Positions 9,485 to 17,000 of a stretch of 64,000 nt of DNA are shown here, in pieces; position 1 is the stretch's first letter; every line of letters begins with the position of its first letter. The notes under the pieces are model-generated. The model saw only the letters and a program-made list of their open reading frames with translations, searched no databases and was not told the DNA's origin. Location: the IMG/VR virus record IMGVR_UViG_3300024054_000008, positions 32,001 through 96,000 of that record; one strand, 5' to 3'. A program made the position numbers and the translations under genes. The DNA is from a virus.

Positions 9485-11008
9485 TTAAGATTTATATATC
9501 CAAAGTTTCTTACCAAGATCCCAAATTTTTCTACCATTTTGTTCATCAAATTTCAGTCTTTTCTGACCATTCACGACCCAATAGACAGGTTCAATGTTAT
9601 TAGCAAATTTAAATCCTAATTTTTGAAAAATTGACCCATCATCAATTCTGTTATCAGAATATGCATACACAAATTTTGGACAATAACTAATAACAAATTG
9701 ACTCAGAATTTTCTCTAAACCACCACAAACTTCGAATTTATTGTTAGTTGATATGGAAAGACACCAAGAATTTTGTTCTATATCAAACTCATAGAACGAA
9801 ACACACATGACTAACAAATTATTATAATAAATGCCATAATTTACATCAGTCCCATTGGTTTTGTCATAACAAAATTCTTTATAAAAAGAATTTGCCGTAT
9901 CCTTTGAAATCAAATTTATATGGTAATTATGTATCAGTTGTTCGATGTGTAATTTACCAATGATCAAATTTTTTATTTGTTTATGTTTACCAACCCATTC
10001 ATCCTCAAAAATCATTAGGTAATTAAATCCGCTTGATTTGGCCATTTCATATTTAGCAAGATCATATTTTTTAGAATTTGTTTGTGAATGCCATCGAAGT
10101 CCATTATATTCGATAAGTAAATTGTTAACCGGAACGAAAATATCGTATGTAAAATTATTAATCTTATATTCAAGCACTGGATCAACATCAAAAGAATTAA
10201 TAAAATTGAACAAGGATTGTTGTTGCCCAGAAATTTTATTATAAGAACACCCACATGTTATTGAAATTCCACGACGAATATCATTCCATCTTGGTTTATA
10301 CTTAGAATTGCAAGCATTACATACGGCCAGAAATGGCCTCATAGTTGATTTGATAGGTTCAAGAACTTCAATAAATTCTTTTATATCATCAGGAAAAATT
10401 GGAAATTTCAACGAATGTATTAATTTTTTGTTTATTTCGTATTTTTTCCATGCATTTTGATAACACTTACCACAAGTTTTTGTATCGCCACGTGTAACAC
10501 TCGAAACTGTAATACATTTTTTACCACCACAGCTACACAGCCAATTTACTTTTGAATGTGAATTTTTATGTATATCAATCGGGTTTTCTATACGAAGACG
10601 TCCGAAAGTAATAGATGATAAATAATCTTTGGACAAGACATGACACTTACCACAAGTTTTCTGGCGTTTAGAAGTAACATTTATGATATTTGCAAAAGTA
10701 TGATCACCGCAATCACAGTCCCATTTTATTTTCTTATTTGATTTAAGATGATAATCGGATGGTTCAGACATCCGAAGTGATCCAAATTTAGTTTGCTCCC
10801 AAAACAGTTTTGGGAGCACATTGCATTCACCGCAAGTTTTCTGACCACCAACTACTCTATAAACTTTTATATATTTTTCTTTGCCACAATCACAAACCCA
10901 AATTACCCCTTTATTCGATCCAGAATGAATCGGGATCGGGGTTTTCATCCTTAATGACCCAAATTTTCTTTCCCAAAACTGGGCGGGTTTCAAATTTCTA
11001 TTTATCAA
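9485..11008 (-). CDS. Hef-like free-standing homing endonuclease (Zn-ribbon repeats + DUF559-like nuclease + degenerate GNAT-like tail)
   Basis: Repeats FGxLR...WxCxCG...KTCGxC (three, plus one degenerate); YDIFVP...IEYNGLRWH; tail YSDNRIDDGSIFQKLGF...IWDLG. Confidence 0.75.
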   Translation of the reverse strand: MINRNLKPAQFWERKFGSLRMKTPIPIHSGSNKGVIWVCDCGKEKYIKVYRVVGGQKTCGECNVLPKLFWEQTKFGSLRMSEPSDYHLKSNKKIKWDCDCGDHTFANIINVTSKRQKTCGKCHVLSKDYLSSITFGRLRIENPIDIHKNSHSKVNWLCSCGGKKCITVSSVTRGDTKTCGKCYQNAWKKYEINKKLIHSLKFPIFPDDIKEFIEVLEPIKSTMRPFLAVCNACNSKYKPRWNDIRRGISITCGCSYNKISGQQQSLFNFINSFDVDPVLEYKINNFTYDIFVPVNNLLIEYNGLRWHSQTNSKKYDLAKYEMAKSSGFNYLMIFEDEWVGKHKQIKNLIIGKLHIEQLIHNYHINLISKDTANSFYKEFCYDKTNGTDVNYGIYYNNLLVMCVSFYEFDIEQNSWCLSISTNNKFEVCGGLEKILSQFVISYCPKFVYAYSDNRIDDGSIFQKLGFKFANNIEPVYWVVNGQKRLKFDEQNGRKIWDLGKKLWIYKS

Positions 11009-11520
11009 CCCCAGGCTGTGCTCTTACCAGCCGGACCTTTTGACCAAGACGGCTGTTTCTTTGTGCCGCTAGACCATTCACTTTCTTCACGAACCGTATA
11101 TTCATCACGCTCAGTAACCTGAGAAGTATCATCAGAATCGTAAGTCGGAACTCCCTTGCCGTGGAAAGTCGGACCGGTGTGGTGCATATAAGGTTCGTCA
11201 GATTCGCCCTCAATAACTTTCTGCGGATTTTCAAAAGTTTTCATGTAGGATTCATCAGAATCCTGTTCAATAACTTTAGCCTGACGTTTTCTAAACGATT
11301 CTTCACCAAAAACTTCGGCTTCAAGTTTATCGGAGAACGAATCTATATTCTTAATAATTGAAGCTGTAACCTCAGTTTTTGGAAGCTTTTTTTCCTCAAC
11401 TAGAGCTTCAATATTGCTAGCAATATTCTCCAAAGTCGAGAGTACGTGACTGGCAACCCGCTTGTCCATATTCATAATCTCCGTTCTTTTCGGATAGAGC
11501 ATAGAAGCCCCAACATTCAA
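11005..11520 (-). CDS. Acidic hypothetical protein (probable head/internal protein)
   Basis: 171 aa; internal repeat KVIExxSDExYM twice; KRVAS motif. Confidence 0.7.
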   Translation of the reverse strand: MNVGASMLYPKRTEIMNMDKRVASHVLSTLENIASNIEALVEEKKLPKTEVTASIIKNIDSFSDKLEAEVFGEESFRKRQAKVIEQDSDESYMKTFENPQKVIEGESDEPYMHHTGPTFHGKGVPTYDSDDTSQVTERDEYTVREESEWSSGTKKQPSWSKGPAGKSTAWG

Positions 11521-11536
11521 ATCATTTCTTGACTAC

Positions 11537-14068
11537 TCACCAATTCATATCATCCTTAGTAATTGATGCTTTTTTTACTTTAGGTGGCTTTATTTTTGGT
11601 TTTGATTTCTCTGGTTTTTTCTCAACTTCTTTTTCTTTTTTCACTGGTGGTACCGGCTTATCTTTTTTTACTTTTTTAGAAGTCTTCTTCGGCTTCTTTT
11701 TGGAAGCAACGAACAATAACGGAAGCAACGCAGTTTTAACATGTTCATTCTTACTAGCTACACGAGCAAGAACGTTGGCGTTTACATACGTGTTAGATGC
11801 CATCTTGTTAACAATTATTTCAATTGTGTCCAAATGTTTAGAAGAGGCCCAATGGTTTTCAGCTCTTAAAGCAATAAGAGCATCATTAATTTGCTGAACA
11901 AACAAATCTGCATACATAGAGGCGGTTTTCTTTTTAATCATATCGCCCATCTCTTGGAAAGCCTCAACAAAGGCATCAACATCAAGATCCTTCAGAGCTT
12001 TATCAAACTCATCAGAAATTTTCTTAGCGTCAGTGAAAACTTCTTTTAATTCATCAACACTAAGATCAGCTAAAGATTTTGTCTCTAAAATTTCCAAACC
12101 ACCAGTCATGGTTTGCGAAGTTTGGGCCCCACCGCCACCTTCAACAGTCATAGGCATTGGAGGAACAGCCTCCATATCAGTCTTCATTGGGTCACTGGCT
12201 TTATCAGTAACAGAAGCTAATCTAGATGAAATTTTTTTAATGGTCTTTCCCATCTCTTGGAAAGCCTCAACAAACGCCTCTATATCCTCATTATCTAAAG
12301 CTTTTTTAAGCTCCTGCTGACGCTTTTCAAGTTCCTTTGTATCTAACTCAGGGTTATCTTGAGCTATTCGCATAGAATCACTTTGAGCCATTATACTACG
12401 TAAACTTTGAATTAATTTTATTGACTCAGCTGGATTTGAATGTTGCAAATCACTAGCTAACCTAAGGATATTACCTATACTTTCGCGCTTTGTCATTGAC
12501 GCCTTCTTGCTTTTATTTGAGTGCATGGTCTCAGTAAACAAATCTATGTCATCACCTGATAAACGATTCAGAAGCATGTTATAGGTTTCAACGTCTATTT
12601 TATTTTGATACAAATTATCATCAGCCAAATGTATAGCGACATCTAACGCTGCTCTAATTGGCGCGTCAGGCGACCCACTACCCCATCCGTTTTTGAACCA
12701 ATTTTCTTTCAATAAATCTTTTGCAAATGATAGTATTGATTTGTAATTATCAGATGTTAAATATCTCTTATCTAGAGATTTCCATCCGGTATTTGTTGGT
12801 CCACTTGGGTGGCCTTGCTGGATATGACCATGAAATGTCGCAGTCTTATTCATATATTTATGTGTACATTGCTTATTAGAGGCTGCTCGTTTAAATCCCT
12901 TAAATATTGCGGATAATTCGGATGGTATATTATCATATTTATTTTTCATAGAACTTTCAAATTCATCCATCAATTCATTTAATTCGAATGAATAAGGTTT
13001 ATTCTTACTTTCAATCATGTTTTCAATGCCCCTTAGGGCAGAATCATACCCCTTAGCAAATGTCCATTTCTCACCAGGCTTAATTTCACCAAGTTGCTCA
13101 ACAGATTTTTCCCAAACGTCCATAAAAATTTCTATTTCTTTAAGCTTAGTCAATTCTTTGTAAGTTCGATCAACTGCATCATTTATAGCAGTTGCAATTT
13201 TATTAAAACTTGGTTCATGTGGCATTTTTTCAAGAATGTCATGAATTACAACTAACGCAGCATGTTTAGTAGCAGTTCTGTTATCGATTCTAGATAATGA
13301 TTTCTTACCCATTCCATCTAAAATCTTCTTTAAAAATTTCCTCTCTTCTATTTCCTCAGTTGGTTTTGATTCAAGAACTAATGACAAATATTCAGGCAAT
13401 CCTTTTAGATTTGAAAATTTGTTTTTAGCGCCGTCAACAGCGCGTAAAATAGCTGATTTTTTGCCCCAATTTCCACCACCAAGTGGCCATATAGATTTAA
13501 TTATCCCATAAATTTCTTCAGCGTCCTTAGCAGACACAAGTTTAGTCTCTGTGTCTTTTACAACTTTATCGCTATTTTCATTTACTTCAGAATTAATTTT
13601 TGATTGTGATAGATTATTTTCTTTAGCGTATTTAACAAAATCGTCGCGCAAAATTTTATTAAACTTGTCTATGTCTTTTGGAAATACAATTTCTGGTTTT
13701 TTTGTCTGTTTTTCTTTTGGCTCTTCGGATTTTGGACCAGACTTTGGAAATCCTTTCATTTTTTCTAATTTTTCAAGCATAAGCTCTCTTTGGCTTTTTA
13801 CCTCCTTAGGTTTTTCAGGACTTTCTTGTGCTAAGAAGACACGAAGAGCAATATCAGCTAAAGTTGACCCACCAATATTCTTGTAATTCATTGATAAATC
13901 AGGATCTGATTTTTTTAAATCAGCATCATCAGTCTTCATTCGCTGTCTTCTATTATCTCTTTTTGGCCCTTTTTTAGGTTTATATTTCCTGCTACGTGGA
14001 GGCTTGCCCCTTTCCAAGAGCCGCTCAACTTCACGCTCTTCTTTTTTAGAAGGAGACAACTCAGGCAT
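11537..14068 (-). CDS. Large Lys/Glu-rich helical protein (probable virion core/internal protein)
   Basis: 843 aa directly downstream of the portal; many [KR]xAS motifs; duplicated helix KALxxxDxxAFVEAFQEMG. Confidence 0.7.
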   Translation of the reverse strand: MPELSPSKKEEREVERLLERGKPPRSRKYKPKKGPKRDNRRQRMKTDDADLKKSDPDLSMNYKNIGGSTLADIALRVFLAQESPEKPKEVKSQRELMLEKLEKMKGFPKSGPKSEEPKEKQTKKPEIVFPKDIDKFNKILRDDFVKYAKENNLSQSKINSEVNENSDKVVKDTETKLVSAKDAEEIYGIIKSIWPLGGGNWGKKSAILRAVDGAKNKFSNLKGLPEYLSLVLESKPTEEIEERKFLKKILDGMGKKSLSRIDNRTATKHAALVVIHDILEKMPHEPSFNKIATAINDAVDRTYKELTKLKEIEIFMDVWEKSVEQLGEIKPGEKWTFAKGYDSALRGIENMIESKNKPYSFELNELMDEFESSMKNKYDNIPSELSAIFKGFKRAASNKQCTHKYMNKTATFHGHIQQGHPSGPTNTGWKSLDKRYLTSDNYKSILSFAKDLLKENWFKNGWGSGSPDAPIRAALDVAIHLADDNLYQNKIDVETYNMLLNRLSGDDIDLFTETMHSNKSKKASMTKRESIGNILRLASDLQHSNPAESIKLIQSLRSIMAQSDSMRIAQDNPELDTKELEKRQQELKKALDNEDIEAFVEAFQEMGKTIKKISSRLASVTDKASDPMKTDMEAVPPMPMTVEGGGGAQTSQTMTGGLEILETKSLADLSVDELKEVFTDAKKISDEFDKALKDLDVDAFVEAFQEMGDMIKKKTASMYADLFVQQINDALIALRAENHWASSKHLDTIEIIVNKMASNTYVNANVLARVASKNEHVKTALLPLLFVASKKKPKKTSKKVKKDKPVPPVKKEKEVEKKPEKSKPKIKPPKVKKASITKDDMNW
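11946..12274. repeat. Dispersed exact 26-bp repeat within the 843-aa gene
   Basis: CCCATCTCTTGGAAAGCCTCAACAAA at 11946-11971 and 12249-12274 (FVEAFQEMG twice). Confidence 0.9.
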
Positions 14069-14097
14069 TTACATAAACTCTATAAAATAAATTTAAA

Positions 14098-17000
14098 TTA
14101 TTCTCCGAACCTATCACCACCATCTTTACCAGTCTTAGTAAGACCCATATTCTTAATTAAACGATCGACAACATCAGTCTTCTCAACTATAGAGGTTGCA
14201 GCTTCTTCGAGAATCTTCCTTATAACCTCATTGAAAACAGCATCCTTCGGTGTGAACATATCTGATTTCAATCTAGCATGCACATCATCAGTGTCTATGT
14301 TAATCAACTCAAGTATGTAATCAATCGGCAATGAACCCTTCTGGTATAGATTAAACATGAAATCTTGAAGTTCCGTGTTGTCACGCAGTGCTAGCCTGGT
14401 AAACTGAAGTTTTGGAAACAATAAAATTCTGTTGCCGAATTCGTCTGTCTCATAGAATCCTTTTTTATGGGCAACTGGAGCAAACAAATATTGTTCAACA
14501 TACTCAGCTAAACTTTCTCTGTATAACAAATACATAGTATTCATAACATCAAGATGAATCCGCTCACCAGCATATGTAGATTCACCAGTCAACATTGGCT
14601 CTGTAACTCTGAGACCAATAAATAATCGTTTATTTGTTATTTCATACTCAGAACTCAAATCCAGCAAACGATCGCGCGATCCAATTTCATCCCAATGAAC
14701 TTCAAAGTTTGTAACAATTGAAAAGTCAGGATCAATCAAAGCCTGGTCCACTTGATCACGTAAATCATCAGTATCAATAGTGCTCATTTTATCAGCCCAA
14801 ACAACACGCTTTGGGGTCATAGCACGAGATGCGATGCTGGTCTGTGCTTGTCGAAGTTTATCTGAGAAAATAAGGTCGTGTAGACAGTTTTTAGTTAGTG
14901 AAAAACCAGCAAAGAATGTGTGGTCAACCTCAACATTCAAGCTAAAAACATCCCCAGAGAAACGGTCTGACAATACTTCTTTTACTTTATAATATGTGTT
15001 ACCACACCAGTTCTTCGATTTTATATCCAAAGAAATGACGCATGGCGGGTCAACATTAAATTTAGACAATTTTGGTGTAAATCCAGATGATTTTATTGAT
15101 GCAACATCATTTCTAATTGAAAAATTCAACGTGTGTAATGGTTTTGGATTTTTACAATATGTGCCATTTGCTTGACGAACTGGTTTAGTTTTTGTTCTTA
15201 TTTTATAACTTGGTGATAGACCAAGCCCGGTGCACATTATGAATAATTGTTGTACCAAATTTTTGGTTGTTACAGATATATTTATGGTATTACTATTGTA
15301 CTTCCCTTTTGATACAGAGCCATCTGAATCAATTAACCCCCTAAGTATGCCAAATTTGAATGATTCAGGAGTCTCATTTATCCATTCTGGCAAACATTTA
15401 TCATTTTTATTATGTCCAAAACTTCTACCGATCCAACGGCTAAACCAGTCATCATGGAAATGCATCCACCCAAGTTCATAGTTGTGACAAGAAATGTTAA
15501 GACCTAAATTTTCTGCTATGTTAAAAATATGTTCAGCTGATTTTTGACTATTTTCAGAATCTTGTTGCCAACATATTCCGCTAGGACCATATTTAGTAGC
15601 AGATGGCTTACTTGTTTCTGTCCAACCATCGCCCAAATAATATCCAACCAAATATCCAAGATCACCATTCAGGTCTAACCATCTTGGGCAGATTTTGTTA
15701 ACACGGATTTCATATAAAATAGAAGGATCAACATGGGCAGGCCTAAACAATCTAGCTATTGGTTTGTATTTAAGATCTGATTTTATGCAAGGGATTGCAT
15801 ACCCAAGACTTTCAAGATCGCTTATAATGGATTTGTATACAGAGTCATCTGATAAATCAAATTTGCTTATAAATGCTGATGAGGTTATCTCAATTGGAGC
15901 TTCAAGATTCTTTATCCAATCACATATTTCATACAATCTTTCTTTACGAGATATTCGTTGTGGATTTTTATCGTTAAACAAATAGTGCAAAACTAAAGTA
16001 TCATCGCCAGATTCTTCAACATTAATAAATAACGGTAAATCAATCTGAGAACGACGACAACGGAATACCCATTCTTCTTCCTGGAAAAAAGTAAACAAAT
16101 CAAACTTGTTTAATAACTTTTCGGATTTAACAGAAACAACCTTTAAATAATCTCCGGGCATAACATCAATTGCTTCTGTGTCAATTAATTCATCTTGACG
16201 CAAAATTTGTAATTTATGGTCTGATGTAGACCAAATTGTACTTGGAAGTTTATGAACGTTAAGACCAGTTATTTTCCCATCGTATGAACGCTGGCCGCAT
16301 TGAAATTTCCTCCAATGTCCAGATCCGCCAAGCACTTCATCCGTTTCCGGATTAAGTTTTTCTATTGGAACCTGCAAAATTTGACCGTTTCTGCGCGCCG
16401 TGACCTCGGTCCCTGGTAGATGACATCTTTCTATTAAAGAAACACCACGATCATCATATGCTGACTTTTTATGCGCTAAGTGATAAACAAAAGATGAGCA
16501 TAAATAATCATCATATGGACTTGTATTAAGTGGTATTGGTTTGCCAGATTCAAGATTTTCGCGTATCTGTTCTGGTATATCTTCAGCTATTCTGACAGCG
16601 TCTTCGTCACCATCTTGCATAGCCTTCATAACGACAAGTCTATCTTTATCAGACGGAATTAAATCAATTTTAACTTTGTCTGTGTATTGAAAAACTTCGA
16701 GTCTGATTTGTTCTGGTGGTAAAATCCTAAGTCTTTGCCATCCTTGGTAATTTTTTATAACGTATTCTTTTATTGTTGCTATTTGTTCTTCAGCTGATTT
16801 TTCAACATATGTTTTTTCTTTGCGAGTTTGTAGAATGCCTTGCTCATCAATTTCACCAATCTCTTCTTCAACTTCATTTAATAATAATTCATCTGGTATT
16901 TCAATATCATGATCTTCAGCAAATATATAACAGTTATGAGTTGATATGAAACCAGCTTGATAGGTATGATCATCTTCAACTTCAAAATTATATACAATAT

